Positions 45,928-55,802 of a DNA stretch of 64,000 bases are shown piece by piece. Made by a program: the position numbers and the translations under genes. The stretch is taken from contig JAUSJO010000005.1 of the NCBI GenBank assembly GCA_030647205.1, positions 202,523 through 266,522 on the forward strand, read 5' to 3'. Every line of letters begins with the position of its first letter. The stretch's first letter is position 1. The notes below the pieces were generated by a model. It did not search any database. It worked only from the letters and a program-made list of their open reading frames with translations, and was not told the origin of the DNA. The stretch comes from a bacterium (GTDB lineage Bacteria > Patescibacteriota > CPR2 > UBA1875 > JAJYID01).

Positions 45928-47487
45928 ATGTTAAAACATCCAACCCACAATAAATTAAAAAAGTTTAGGCCGACAATAGCAGATAGGGCAAGGTTTATTT
46001 TCTTGGCTTTTCGCGACTTACTACTTTACTTCTCTACTAGAAAATATAGCATTTTTTATAATACTTTTTGCCGTTTGCCGTCAAGGTATCTAGACTGGAC
46101 GAGCCATATAAGGGCAAGAAGAGTTTACTATTATGCAGTCCGGAATGTTCCCGCTTTCAGAGACTTTGTAAAAGACAAAGAAATAAAAAAATGGAGTGAT
46201 GTTCCATTTACAGATAAAGATACTTATATAAAAAAGTATTCTACAGATCAAAGATGTGTCGGAGGTATAATCCCGCCCAGAGAGACCATGATAGACGAAT
46301 CGTCAGGAAGTACGGGCACGCCGTACAACTGGGTGAGAAGTTTGACCGAAAGATGTGAAGCGCATGGATCTGTTAGTTATTTTGCCACATTTTGTTTTGG
46401 CAAAAAGCCGCTTTTGACCATCAATGCATTTTCAATGGGTGCATGGGCAACCGGTCTAAATATGGGTATTGCCCTCTTGCGAAACGGAATCGTAAAAAAT
46501 ACGGGGCCTGATATCGGAAAAATATTAAATACTATGGAATTTTTTGGGCCAAAATATAACTATCTCATAACGGGCTATCCTCCATTTCTGAAAGAGCTGT
46601 ATGACTATGTGGGGAAGCAAGGCTTTCCGTGGGATAAATATCACATTTCTGCTTTGATGGGAGGAGAAGGTATGTCGGAGGGGTTGAGGGAATACCTGCG
46701 TCCTGGGTTTAAAAAAATTTACAGTGGTTATGGGGCTACCGACTTGGAGATTGGTATCGCTGGTGAAACTCCGCTGACTGTTGCTATAAGGCGTCTAGCG
46801 AACGAAAAGCAGGATTTCAGAGAAGCGCTTTTTGGGAAAGATTCGCGTCTGCCGATGTTGTTTCAGTATAATCCGGTTTCTCACTTTATCGAAACGACCG
46901 AGGACGGCGAGTTGGTGTTAACGATAGCTCGAAAATCAGTACTCTCGCCGAGAATAAAATATAATGTCCATGATGAAGGCGGCGTTTGCCGTTATGATCA
47001 AATGAAAGAAAGACTGAAAGTGGCCGGATATAATATAAAAGATTTTACAAAAGATGCAGATGGTAGAGATCTAAAGTTCCCGTTTTTATGGATATACGGA
47101 AGGCGCGATTATACGGTGAGCATCATGGGTGCAAATATTTATCCCGAAGATATTGAACAATGTCTATATGCCGACAAAGAACTCGCAAAGATTACGCGAT
47201 CTTTCTGTCAGTCTGTATCTGAGGGGAAAAATGCTCAAGTTCATCCGGCATTTTATTTTGAAATCACTGAAAGACCAACTAAAGAGTTAAGAGAAAAGTT
47301 TAGTAAGTCTATTCTAGAGCAACTTATGAAGTTGAATGCGGACTTTAGAGAGGCTTGTCACGAATATGCCGATACTATGAAGCCGGAGATTTACTTGTTT
47401 TCTGTTGGTGATGGACCGTTTAAGATGGATAAGAGCAAGATTAAACAGTCTCGGGTAGTTAAAAAATATAAACCAACGGTTCTATAG
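45928..47487 (+). CDS. Phenylacetate-CoA ligase-like (PaaK/F390 synthetase family) adenylate-forming enzyme
   Basis: SSGSTGTP, GYP, GGEG, YGATD, GRRD...GANIYPEDIE ANL-superfamily motifs. Confidence 0.85.
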   Translation: MLKHPTHNKLKKFRPTIADRARFIFLAFRDLLLYFSTRKYSIFYNTFCRLPSRYLDWTSHIRARRVYYYAVRNVPAFRDFVKDKEIKKWSDVPFTDKDTYIKKYSTDQRCVGGIIPPRETMIDESSGSTGTPYNWVRSLTERCEAHGSVSYFATFCFGKKPLLTINAFSMGAWATGLNMGIALLRNGIVKNTGPDIGKILNTMEFFGPKYNYLITGYPPFLKELYDYVGKQGFPWDKYHISALMGGEGMSEGLREYLRPGFKKIYSGYGATDLEIGIAGETPLTVAIRRLANEKQDFREALFGKDSRLPMLFQYNPVSHFIETTEDGELVLTIARKSVLSPRIKYNVHDEGGVCRYDQMKERLKVAGYNIKDFTKDADGRDLKFPFLWIYGRRDYTVSIMGANIYPEDIEQCLYADKELAKITRSFCQSVSEGKNAQVHPAFYFEITERPTKELREKFSKSILEQLMKLNADFREACHEYADTMKPEIYLFSVGDGPFKMDKSKIKQSRVVKKYKPTVL

Positions 47488-47510
47488 TTTATATTTTAAA
47501 GAAATAATGT

Positions 47511-48026
47511 TTAGGCGAGAGAGACCTCTTCCATTTTCGGCAGGTCTTCTTCCTTCTCTACCCCGAGATATGTGAGCATTTTTACCGTTGTGCCGTAGAG
47601 TATCGGTCTGCCAGGAGATTCTTTCCTTCCCACTTCTTCTATAAGCCCCCTGATCATTAGAACTCTTAAAATCCGGGAGCAGTCAGTGCCGCGGATACTT
47701 TCTATCTCGGCGCGAGTGATAGGCTGTTTGTAAACTATGATTGCCAAAGTCTCAAGTGCTGCCGGCGAAAGATCATATCGTAACTCTTCATTTAAAAACT
47801 TTGCCACGAGCTCTGCATTTTCCTGCGCGGAGGCAAGCAGATATTTTTCGCCCTTTTTGATAATCCGAAATCCCCTGTTTTTATATTCTTCTGTTAGTGC
47901 GTTTATTTCGCTCTGAATTTCGCCTACATTTCTACCGATGCTGTTAGCAATCTCTTTTAAAGAAATCGGTTTCCCTGCAACAAGGAGAAGACTTTCTATC
48001 TGTGATTTAATATTTTTCGCTGCCAT
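47511..48026 (-). CDS. scpB: SMC-Scp complex subunit ScpB
   Basis: LSPAALETLAIIVYKQPITRAEIESIRG, PGRPILYGTT. Confidence 0.97.
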   Translation of the reverse strand: MAAKNIKSQIESLLLVAGKPISLKEIANSIGRNVGEIQSEINALTEEYKNRGFRIIKKGEKYLLASAQENAELVAKFLNEELRYDLSPAALETLAIIVYKQPITRAEIESIRGTDCSRILRVLMIRGLIEEVGRKESPGRPILYGTTVKMLTYLGVEKEEDLPKMEEVSLA

Positions 48027-48033
48027 ACTTAGA

Positions 48034-48723
48034 TTATAGTCCTTTAACAGTTATATCGGCAAAGTTTTTGTCTTGCTCGACGCTTACCATTTTTCTTTTA
48101 ATCATTTCAAGAAGTGCCAGAAAAGTGACGATAACTTCGCCCCTTGTCTTTGCGCCTTTAATGACCGACTTAAATGAAAACTTTTTACTTTTTTTAATCA
48201 ATCCTTGAAGGTGGTCTAGTTTTTCCTCGAGAGTTATCTTTATCTCTACTTTTTTGTCTTCTTTTTTTATTTCCTCAGGCATTTTTTCCAAGGTTTCTTT
48301 GAGGAGCTCCATTAGAAAGTTTAAATCTACATTTTCCGGAGGAAGGAAAAGATTCATATCTGAGTTTCTGACTCCCGGTTCAAATGAGCGCTGGTTTTTG
48401 TCTATGATTTCTGCAAACTGACCCGATAGCTCTTTGAACTTTTTGTATTCTTTGAGCTGTGTTTCCAGATCTTCTATTTCCTCCTCTTCTTCTGTTGACA
48501 GAACGGGTAAAAGAGCCCGGCTTTTTAGGTATAGAAGCTTTGAGGCGACAACCAAAAAGTCGGCCAGGTTTTTGTTCGTTGCATCAATCTTCTGGATTTT
48601 TTCGAGATAGTCGTTTGTAATACGAGCTAGAGAGATTTTAGAAATATCGAGCCGCTCCTTCTCAATTAGACTTAAGAGCAAATCAAGTGGACCCTCAAAT
48701 GTTTTTTCTTTGACGGCAATCAT
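48034..48723 (-). CDS. scpA: Segregation/condensation protein ScpA
   Basis: FEGPLDLLLSLI, KSRALLP, IVTFLALLEM. Confidence 0.97.
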   Translation of the reverse strand: MIAVKEKTFEGPLDLLLSLIEKERLDISKISLARITNDYLEKIQKIDATNKNLADFLVVASKLLYLKSRALLPVLSTEEEEEIEDLETQLKEYKKFKELSGQFAEIIDKNQRSFEPGVRNSDMNLFLPPENVDLNFLMELLKETLEKMPEEIKKEDKKVEIKITLEEKLDHLQGLIKKSKKFSFKSVIKGAKTRGEVIVTFLALLEMIKRKMVSVEQDKNFADITVKGL

Positions 48724-50028
48724 TTATGGCCTCAGACGGTTAATGTCGCGCGGGAAAAGGCTGGCCTCACGGATATTGTCCAGATTTAAAAGTCGTGCGG
48801 TAATTCTTTCTAGTCCTATGGCAAGTCCGCCGTGCGGAGGCATGCCGTATTTGAAAACACTCAAGTAATCTTCGAAATCTTTTGTGTTCATGCCGCGGGA
48901 TTTCATTTTTTCTAAGTACTCTTCATAGAGATGAATTCTTTGTCCGCCGGTAGTAATCTCCAGTCCTCTGAAGAGCAAGTCGAAGCTAAGAGTTTCTTTC
49001 GGAATTTTTGGGTCATCCATTGTATAAAACGGGCGTTTTTTGCTGGGGTAGTGTGTAATAAATACAAACTCACTGCCAAGCTGCTTTGCTGTATACTCAC
49101 AAATCTGTTTTTCATGCTTAGGCTCAAGGTCGGGTTCTCCTACACATTTTTCGCCATATTCTTTTTCTAGGATTTCTTGCGCCTCGGAAAGCTTCATCCT
49201 TGGAATACCCTTTTTTATGACCGGGATTTCCGAACTAAGCATTCCAAACTCTTCTGAGTAGTTTTCTTCTAGTTTTTTTAGTAGTCCACCCAAAAATTCT
49301 GCTTCCAAGTCCATTATCTCTTCATAAGAGTCAATGAACCCCATCTCAAGATCTAGGCTCACGTACTCATTTATATGCCTAGAGGTGTTGTGTTTCTCGG
49401 CTCTATAAATGTAGGCAGTCTCAAAAACACGTTCATATACACCAACCATGATTTGTTTGTACATCTGGGGGCTTTGAGATAGGTATGCTTTCTTCTTGAA
49501 ATAATCAATTGTGAACATTTCTGCTCCGCCGGTTTCTAGACCAGATGAAACTATTTTTGGAGTATTAATTTCTGTAAAATCTCTTTTTTCTAGGAATTTT
49601 CTAAATTCATCTGTAATCGCTGACTGTACCTCGAAAATCGCTCTTTGCTTTGGGTTCCTTAAAGTAATCGGACGGTTATCAAGAAGTGTGTCTATATTTA
49701 CATTCATTTCTTTTTTATTGATTGCGATAGAGATATCTTCTTTGACCGGTGAAATAATTTCTATTTTACAGTCATGAAGCTCGGCTCCATGCGGTGCCCT
49801 TTCTTCTTTCACGACTTTGCCTGTAATTTTCACAACTGTCTCTGTGGTTAGTTCTTTGAGTTTGTCGTTTTCCTCTCCGCCGTCAATAACCGCCTGAGCC
49901 AGTCCATTGCGATCTCTTAATACCAAAAAACTAATCCCGCCCATTTTGCGAAGTTTATGAATCCAGCCGAAAAGCGTGACTTCTTTGCCGATTTCTTTAT
50001 TTATCTGCGTTGTTAGTGTTCGTTTCAT
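48724..50028 (-). CDS. aspS: Aspartate--tRNA ligase, short archaeal-type (likely non-discriminating)
   Basis: 434 aa, OB fold FLVLRD, LSQSPQMYKQ, YRAEKHNTSRHINE, GGQR, GMPPHGG, FPRD; no GAD insert. Confidence 0.88.
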   Translation of the reverse strand: MKRTLTTQINKEIGKEVTLFGWIHKLRKMGGISFLVLRDRNGLAQAVIDGGEENDKLKELTTETVVKITGKVVKEERAPHGAELHDCKIEIISPVKEDISIAINKKEMNVNIDTLLDNRPITLRNPKQRAIFEVQSAITDEFRKFLEKRDFTEINTPKIVSSGLETGGAEMFTIDYFKKKAYLSQSPQMYKQIMVGVYERVFETAYIYRAEKHNTSRHINEYVSLDLEMGFIDSYEEIMDLEAEFLGGLLKKLEENYSEEFGMLSSEIPVIKKGIPRMKLSEAQEILEKEYGEKCVGEPDLEPKHEKQICEYTAKQLGSEFVFITHYPSKKRPFYTMDDPKIPKETLSFDLLFRGLEITTGGQRIHLYEEYLEKMKSRGMNTKDFEDYLSVFKYGMPPHGGLAIGLERITARLLNLDNIREASLFPRDINRLRP

Positions 50029-50113
50029 GTTTAAAATTATACCAATCTTTACTTGATTTAGCTAATAAAAAATCCCCGTTTGGGGATTAGATAGTTTTAT
50101 ACAGAATAATTAC

Positions 50114-50506
50114 TTAAGACTTTGCTTCTCCTCTTGGTGGCCTTGCTAGTATTTCTTTTGCCTTATCTACTACATCAGACAAGGTGGATTGAGATTTTAC
50201 GAGATATGCATCGGCGCCAAGCTCCTTACCCCTTTCAATATCGGAGGCTTGTGAGAGGGCGCTCATGATTATAATTTTTGTATTCTTAGTCTCCGGCGTT
50301 GAACGCAAAATATCCAAAACGTCCATACCGGAAATCTTTGGCATCATAATGTCTAGAATAACCAAGTCAGGTTTCCCCTGGATAGCTTGAGTGAGGGCTT
50401 CTTCCCCGTCGCTAGCAGTAATCACATCAAAATCCTCTGCTGTAAATCTGGCAGAGTATATTTCTCTCAGCGCTATATCGTCTTCAACTAGTAAAATCTT
50501 TGTCAT
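50114..50506 (-). CDS. Single-domain response regulator (receiver only)
   Basis: ILLVEDD, LDIMMPKISG, GADAYLVK. Confidence 0.93.
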   Translation of the reverse strand: MTKILLVEDDIALREIYSARFTAEDFDVITASDGEEALTQAIQGKPDLVILDIMMPKISGMDVLDILRSTPETKNTKIIIMSALSQASDIERGKELGADAYLVKSQSTLSDVVDKAKEILARPPRGEAKS

Positions 50507-50547
50507 AACTCTTTTATGTTAAATAAAAACTAATACTTTTGCAATAG

Positions 50548-52248
50548 CTAACCAAGTGCTCTTGGTATGGTAAAGAAGAAACTACTCCCTTTTCCTTCTT
50601 CGCTTTCAACCCAGATACTTCCTCCAAAGTACTCAATTATCGATCTTGTTATGTAAAGACCTAACCCTGTGCCACCGACTGCTCTTGTGGCGGAGTTGTC
50701 TACTTGATAGAACTTTTCGAAGAGGTGCTTTTGCCCGGTTTCTGATATTCCTACCCCTGTATCAGCGACACAAACCTTTGCAAAATCTTCGTCATATTCT
50801 ATGGATATAGTAACAGATCCTTCAGTGGTAAACTTGATGGCATTCTCGACTAAGTTGTTTAAAACCTCTCGGATCTGTTCCCTATCGGCCCGAACATCCA
50901 ATGATCTGGAGACAACCGTTCCTTTGACTTTCAGGTGGGGGCTTGAGTCATATTTAAGTTCGACGCCATTCTCTGTCGCTTTTTTATTGAACACATCAAT
51001 CACTTCTTCCGATAAATCTTTCAATGAGAAATTTGTGACGGTGTACTCAAGTTTTCTATCTTCTATTTTTGTAACTACCAAAAGATTCTTTATAAGCTCA
51101 GACATCGCGCTTGCTGTCTGGAATGCTTTATTTAGGTACTCTGATGCCTTGCTATCCACCTTACAAACCTTATCGTTCAGTGCGAGCTCAATGTAGCCCG
51201 ACATAGCCGTAATAGGAGTGCGAAGCTCGTGTGATGCCGTAGAAACGAACTCTGAGCGCATTCTCTCAACTTCCTTTTTCTTGGTGATGTCTCTAAAGAC
51301 GCAGATAGCACCTGTAACTTTGCCGTCCATGTCTTTAATCGGTGCGTAAGTACCCTCTAGCTTAATGTCGGTTTTTCCTTTTCCCGGATAGCACATATCA
51401 TCTCTGACGACGTTTTCACCGGTATTCCATACTGCGAGCGCCGGACAGTCTTTTTCGCAAATGCTCACGCTTTGTTCATTTTTTAAATTCATTATTTTTT
51501 TGCAAGGAAGTCCCATTGTATCTTTTGCCTTCCAACCGGTAATCTTCTCTGCCTGGGGATTAAAAAGTATCAACTCTCGCATTGTGTTAACGGCATAAAT
51601 CCCATCACCGATGTTTGAGAATATTGCCTCATCTTTCGATTTATCCGCAGAAACATTTTTTGTATATTTCTCAAGTTTTATTTTCTCCATCCAGTTTTTT
51701 CTGTACATATACCCCAGGTAGAGAGAGAAAGCGGTCACAGACGCAATGGCCAAAAGACTTGCCCCATTTAAGACGAAAAACTCTTGAATAGTTTGGCTTT
51801 TAAAATAAAGTTCGCTGTAGAAGAAGTATCCTGCAGTGATAGACAAAAGAACGGTGCTAATCAGAAGCGAGTAAAAGGCCGAAATGATCAGGATTAAATA
51901 GATTATTGGGAAAAGAAAGCTTTGAGTACTGCCGGTTAGCTCTAATAATATAAAAAAGTAAGCCAAGATGAATGATGACTGTAGAAGTAAGTTTGACTTT
52001 GGTTCGGCCTTGTTGATCTTGGACGAAAAGAAAAATGAGAAAACGCCCACAATCGCTAGCCCAAAAGCAATACGAACAAGATTGTTCAAAATAAGTTTTT
52101 CCTGAGTAAAGATAGCGAGTCCCAAAAAACCCAGAATAATACAGATATTTAGTATAAGCACACAATACGAAAGATATTTGCTAAAAGATGCAAGTCTATC
52201 TCTGTCTATTAAATCACCAAGACTGACGAGTTCGATTTTACCCTCCAC
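50548..52248 (-). CDS. Membrane PAS-domain sensor histidine kinase
   Basis: Multi-TM N-terminus, PAS (FNPQAEKITGW...FRDIT), SHELRTP H-box, NLVENAIKF, DTGVG, GTGLGL. Confidence 0.93.
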   Translation of the reverse strand: MEGKIELVSLGDLIDRDRLASFSKYLSYCVLILNICIILGFLGLAIFTQEKLILNNLVRIAFGLAIVGVFSFFFSSKINKAEPKSNLLLQSSFILAYFFILLELTGSTQSFLFPIIYLILIISAFYSLLISTVLLSITAGYFFYSELYFKSQTIQEFFVLNGASLLAIASVTAFSLYLGYMYRKNWMEKIKLEKYTKNVSADKSKDEAIFSNIGDGIYAVNTMRELILFNPQAEKITGWKAKDTMGLPCKKIMNLKNEQSVSICEKDCPALAVWNTGENVVRDDMCYPGKGKTDIKLEGTYAPIKDMDGKVTGAICVFRDITKKKEVERMRSEFVSTASHELRTPITAMSGYIELALNDKVCKVDSKASEYLNKAFQTASAMSELIKNLLVVTKIEDRKLEYTVTNFSLKDLSEEVIDVFNKKATENGVELKYDSSPHLKVKGTVVSRSLDVRADREQIREVLNNLVENAIKFTTEGSVTISIEYDEDFAKVCVADTGVGISETGQKHLFEKFYQVDNSATRAVGGTGLGLYITRSIIEYFGGSIWVESEEGKGSSFFFTIPRALG

Positions 52249-52323
52249 TTAGAAACACGTTACATAAGAATATTATATTTTATTATTTTTATTTTTAAAA
52301 GGGTTTCTAGAGATGTAGAGGTA

Positions 52324-53316
52324 TTATTTTATGTGAGTTAAGCCGAAGTTTAGGAGTGCCCGCGCATCTTCATTACCGCGATCTGACCCCATGAAGACAA
52401 ATATAAATTTTTTTCCTTGTTTTTGTGCGACTCCAATAAAGGTATTTCTGGCTTCATCGGTAAAGCCGGTTTTCGCGCCAATCATTTCCGGATATGTTCT
52501 CATAGTAAGAGAAACGTGCCCTGGCCAGTAGTGGGCCTCATTTTCATCTGTTTTTGCAATCGAATGCTCTTGTTTGTCGCCCATGTACTTTAAAATTTCC
52601 GGGTGGGCCTTTAGAGCGTAATAAGTCATTTTTGCGATGTCGTAGCTACTACTGACGTGTCCTGGCTCGTCAAGTCCGCTTGGGTTTTTGAAAGTGGTTT
52701 CTTTAAGCTCCAAAAGACGTATTTTTTCGGCCATTTTGTCTATAAACGTTTGGCGATTGTCGTCGATACCCTCAGCTAGTATTTCTGCTGCGTCATTTGC
52801 AGAGATCATCATCAGCCCGTGCAGAAGATCCTCGGTTTTGAGTAGTTCTCCTTCGCGAGTTGACATATTAAAGGCTTCCATCTCGCAGGCATGTTTTGAA
52901 ACTTTCAACTTCTTGTTTACATCAATATTTTCAAGAGCAATTGTGCCGGTCATTATTTTGGTAATGCTTGCCGGTGATAGCGCTTGATGAACTTCTTTTT
53001 CGTATAACACTTCTCCGGTTTCGGCGTCTACCACTATCCCTGATTTTGCTTGTATCATAAAATCATTAAATGTAGGGGCAGTTTCTTTCAGCGAATATTT
53101 TTGCTGATATTCTTCAATTTTCTTTTTTTCGTCAGCTGCCTTTTTAGCGGCAATTTTTGTGTCCGGTTTTTTCACCTGGCTTGCCGGTGAGCCGCTTTTT
53201 TTGTTGCCGAAGCTTAAAATACTTGTAAGCAAAAAAACAGCTGCAACAAACACTACGCCAATCAAAATCTTTTTCTTCATGGAGTCCATTATCTTAGAAA
53301 TATCGGTTTTAGTCAA
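52324..53316 (-). CDS. D-alanyl-D-alanine carboxypeptidase family protein (peptidase S11)
   Basis: PASITKIMT, SAN, KTG; N-terminal TM; start uncertain (TTG 53316 or a downstream ATG). Confidence 0.9.
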   Translation of the reverse strand: MTKTDISKIMDSMKKKILIGVVFVAAVFLLTSILSFGNKKSGSPASQVKKPDTKIAAKKAADEKKKIEEYQQKYSLKETAPTFNDFMIQAKSGIVVDAETGEVLYEKEVHQALSPASITKIMTGTIALENIDVNKKLKVSKHACEMEAFNMSTREGELLKTEDLLHGLMMISANDAAEILAEGIDDNRQTFIDKMAEKIRLLELKETTFKNPSGLDEPGHVSSSYDIAKMTYYALKAHPEILKYMGDKQEHSIAKTDENEAHYWPGHVSLTMRTYPEMIGAKTGFTDEARNTFIGVAQKQGKKFIFVFMGSDRGNEDARALLNFGLTHIK

Positions 53317-53322
53317 AAGATT

Positions 53323-54144
53323 CTAGTACTTTCTCGGGTAGCTTCCGAGGATTTTGACGAATGCAACCTTCTCGAGTTCTGTGATTACTTTTTTAGGGTT
53401 TTCTTCTGTAATATGACCCTCAAGGTCTATATAGAAGATGTAGTCGCCGAGCTTGCCCTTGCTTGGTCGTGACTCTATTTTTGATAAGTTTACATTGTTG
53501 TTTTTGAAATAGCCCAAGATTTCCCACAAAAGTCCGGGGCGGTCGACTTGCGGATATACTGTGATCGAGGTTCTGTCGTATCCGGAATGTTCTGTGTCAC
53601 TTTTTGAAATTACCACGAATTTTGTTACATTAAACTTACTGTCTTGGATAGATTTTTGCAGAACTTCCAAATTATAAATACCAGCCGCGAGCTCCGGTCC
53701 TATCGCGGCATATTCTTTACTTTCTTTTTCTTGAACTAATTTTGCTGATTCTCCGTTGCTTGTAGTCTCTAATATCTGTGCATCGGGTAGATTTTTCCGT
53801 AAATACTTTTCGCATTGTGAATACGACTGGTTATGAGCATAGACATATTTAATCTCGCCTTTATTTACTTCGTCAACAGCTATTAAACAATGAACAATCG
53901 GCACGATTTCTTCTAGCTCGATTTTTAGGTCAAATGCTAGCAGTGCATCGAGGGTAAAACCGACTGATCCGCCCAGAGAGTTCTCTATTGGTACAACCCC
54001 TTTGTCGCATTCTTCTCTGTCTACAGCATCAAAAACATCATGAATTGTTTTATAAAAAACGATCTCTGGTTTGCCATTTAACGTCTGGGCTGCTTGATGG
54101 GAGAATGTTCCTTCGGGCCCAAGTACCGCGATTTTTTCTTTCAT
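53323..54144 (-). CDS. pheA: Prephenate dehydratase with ACT domain
   Basis: LGPEGTFSHQAA, VVPIENSLGGSV, NVTKF, DRPGLL, NLSKIESRP, FYID, LGSY; ATG 54144 after AAAGGA. Confidence 0.95.
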   Translation of the reverse strand: MKEKIAVLGPEGTFSHQAAQTLNGKPEIVFYKTIHDVFDAVDREECDKGVVPIENSLGGSVGFTLDALLAFDLKIELEEIVPIVHCLIAVDEVNKGEIKYVYAHNQSYSQCEKYLRKNLPDAQILETTSNGESAKLVQEKESKEYAAIGPELAAGIYNLEVLQKSIQDSKFNVTKFVVISKSDTEHSGYDRTSITVYPQVDRPGLLWEILGYFKNNNVNLSKIESRPSKGKLGDYIFYIDLEGHITEENPKKVITELEKVAFVKILGSYPRKY

Positions 54145-54160
54145 CTTATCCTTTCTAATC

Positions 54161-54217
54161 AAAAAGCCTTCCTTGCGGAAGGGCTTTTATTTGTAAATTT
54201 ATAAGCTTATCTTCCGC
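54161..54217 (-). promoter_or_regulatory. Attenuator: terminator plus mutually exclusive antiterminator
   Basis: Minus strand AAAAGCCCTTCC-GCAA-GGAAGGCTTTTT terminator; GCGGAAG at the leader stop can pair with CTTCCGC of the terminator. Confidence 0.8.
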
Positions 54218-54267
54218 TAGGTAAGACTCGTAAAGAAGAAAAAGCTAAAAAATCTTTTTGTTATCAT
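54217..54267 (-). CDS. pheL: Phe-rich leader peptide (pheL-like)
   Basis: Translated by hand: MITKRFFSFFFFTSLT* (6 Phe in 7 codons), upstream of the terminator and pheA. Confidence 0.85.
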   Translation of the reverse strand: MITKRFFSFFFFTSLT

Positions 54268-54294
54268 TGGCACTATCTTAACATAAATATTAGC

Positions 54295-54900
54295 TTATTC
54301 CAAGATTTTAAAGGATGCAATTATCTCTTTTATCTGTCCTGCAGCTGTTTCTGCATTGCCAGTATTTAGTTCACCTGGGATTCCATTTGACTGGGAATAT
54401 GTATAAACTTTTGAACCCTTCTCTCCAATTTTCTGTCCGACCCCAGGCTCGTCCTTAGTTGCCTCGTATTCCGCTTTTTCAGTAACTGAGATTGCGAATA
54501 AGCTAGTGTAGTTTCTGTCAAATCCAAAATCATATACTGTATCGGGATTTTTTATCGGTAAGCCGAAGTAAATATGCTTTGATTTTTTTGCATCATCCAG
54601 CGCTTCTGATACCCCATAGCCTGCCCAATAATCAGGGAAACTAATCTGGAAGCTATCTTGGTTATTTATATATGTTTTCCAATTTGATGCCGCTTTGCTT
54701 GTCGTTTTTGTAGCCGTTTGATTTTTTGTATCATTAACTTGCTTCTGCAACTCTGAAATCTTTTTATCCGAATCTGTTTTTTGTTTATTCAATTCCCCAT
54801 TTTGCCACCACCAGACTCCAATCCCTGTTCCGCTGACCAATAAAATAACCGCCAGTAATACCAAAAGCGGTTTTAATAAATTTTTCTTTTTATCTTCCAT
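54295..54900 (-). CDS. Membrane-anchored extracytoplasmic hypothetical protein
   Basis: N-terminal TM, coiled coil, Thr-rich linker, WKTYIN...FQISFPDYW domain start; AAGGAGG RBS. Confidence 0.8.
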   Translation of the reverse strand: MEDKKKNLLKPLLVLLAVILLVSGTGIGVWWWQNGELNKQKTDSDKKISELQKQVNDTKNQTATKTTSKAASNWKTYINNQDSFQISFPDYWAGYGVSEALDDAKKSKHIYFGLPIKNPDTVYDFGFDRNYTSLFAISVTEKAEYEATKDEPGVGQKIGEKGSKVYTYSQSNGIPGELNTGNAETAAGQIKEIIASFKILE

Positions 54901-55046
54901 TTTCCTCCTTTTGTTTTTGTTTTTTGCCCACTACTTTCATAACGGGCGGATTTTTTTATTTTCCTCAATTTAAAGCATAAACATAATAGAGTCAATAACT
55001 TTTTGAATAAATTATTTTATCAAATTTTCACGAAAACACCTGAATG

Positions 55047-55074
55047 AAAAACCTCCGGGTTAACCGGAGGTTTT
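55047..55074 (-). terminator. Bidirectional terminator-like hairpin
   Basis: AAAACCTCCGG-GTTAA-CCGGAGGTTTT. Confidence 0.75.
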
Positions 55075-55097
55075 GTAGGTCTAGGATGATAAGATCT

Positions 55098-55643
55098 CTA
55101 GACTTTTCTTTTGAGGTCCTTGACCTCTGCATCTATCACAGAGGTTTTGTTCGGTTCAACACGGAATGTCTCTGCCTGGGTTATTGCGACGCCTTTCAAA
55201 GAGTCAACAACCTCGTCTTTTTCTTTTTTGACGGCAGACTTGATAACTGTCTCAACTGTTTTGATCAGCTTTTTTGCCAAGCCCCTTTCTTTGATAGATT
55301 TGATTGCTTCTCCGGCATCGGTAACTTGGACAGTTCTGTTGCCGAGTCGCCAAAGAAATTTTCCTGATGGCAGGGTGACGGTTTTTACTTTGCCATCCTT
55401 TGTCAGTTCTTTTCTGTGGCCCTCTGCATAGACATAGAGACCTTGCATGAGTTCTGCTAGCCTTTTCTCGTGTGGTTCTATCTTCTCCTTTGCTTTCTCC
55501 TTCCGATCCTCTATGTCTTTATTCAGTTTTGTCTCCAGCCTCTCTATCGCCCTCTTTTCCTTACCCATCTGCGCGACAAACCGAGAAGCTTCCTTCACGT
55601 CTTGCGGAACACCTATCACCTCATGTTTTAAGTCTCCTGACAT
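55098..55643 (-). CDS. gam: Mu Gam-family host-nuclease inhibitor / DNA end-binding protein
   Basis: VPQD...long coiled coil...YAEGHRKELTKDGKVKTVTLPSGKFLWR...GVAITQAETFRVEP fits the Phage_Mu_Gam layout. Confidence 0.85.
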   Translation of the reverse strand: MSGDLKHEVIGVPQDVKEASRFVAQMGKEKRAIERLETKLNKDIEDRKEKAKEKIEPHEKRLAELMQGLYVYAEGHRKELTKDGKVKTVTLPSGKFLWRLGNRTVQVTDAGEAIKSIKERGLAKKLIKTVETVIKSAVKKEKDEVVDSLKGVAITQAETFRVEPNKTSVIDAEVKDLKRKV

Positions 55644-55761
55644 GTGCGTAGCACCTCTTTCCTGGGTGGATACTATAAGTAAGAGTCTAACAAAATAAAT
55701 ATATTATCAAAAGCCTTATATTGCTTCGTGGAAATAAACAAAAATACTCTATGTGAATTTA

Positions 55762-55790
55762 TTGAAAAAAAGGTGTTTTTTTGATATAAT
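55762..55790 (+). promoter_or_regulatory. sigma70-type promoter of tRNA-Glu
   Basis: TTGAAA-N17-TATAAT. Confidence 0.75.
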
Positions 55791-55802
55791 TTCTAAGTTC
55801 AC

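Noticed and set aside
52256-52285. dif-like site (TATAA-TATTC-TTATGTAACGT on the minus strand)
   Set aside because: The spacer is 5 nt rather than 6 and the XerC arm is poor; better explained as the -10 region of the kinase gene.
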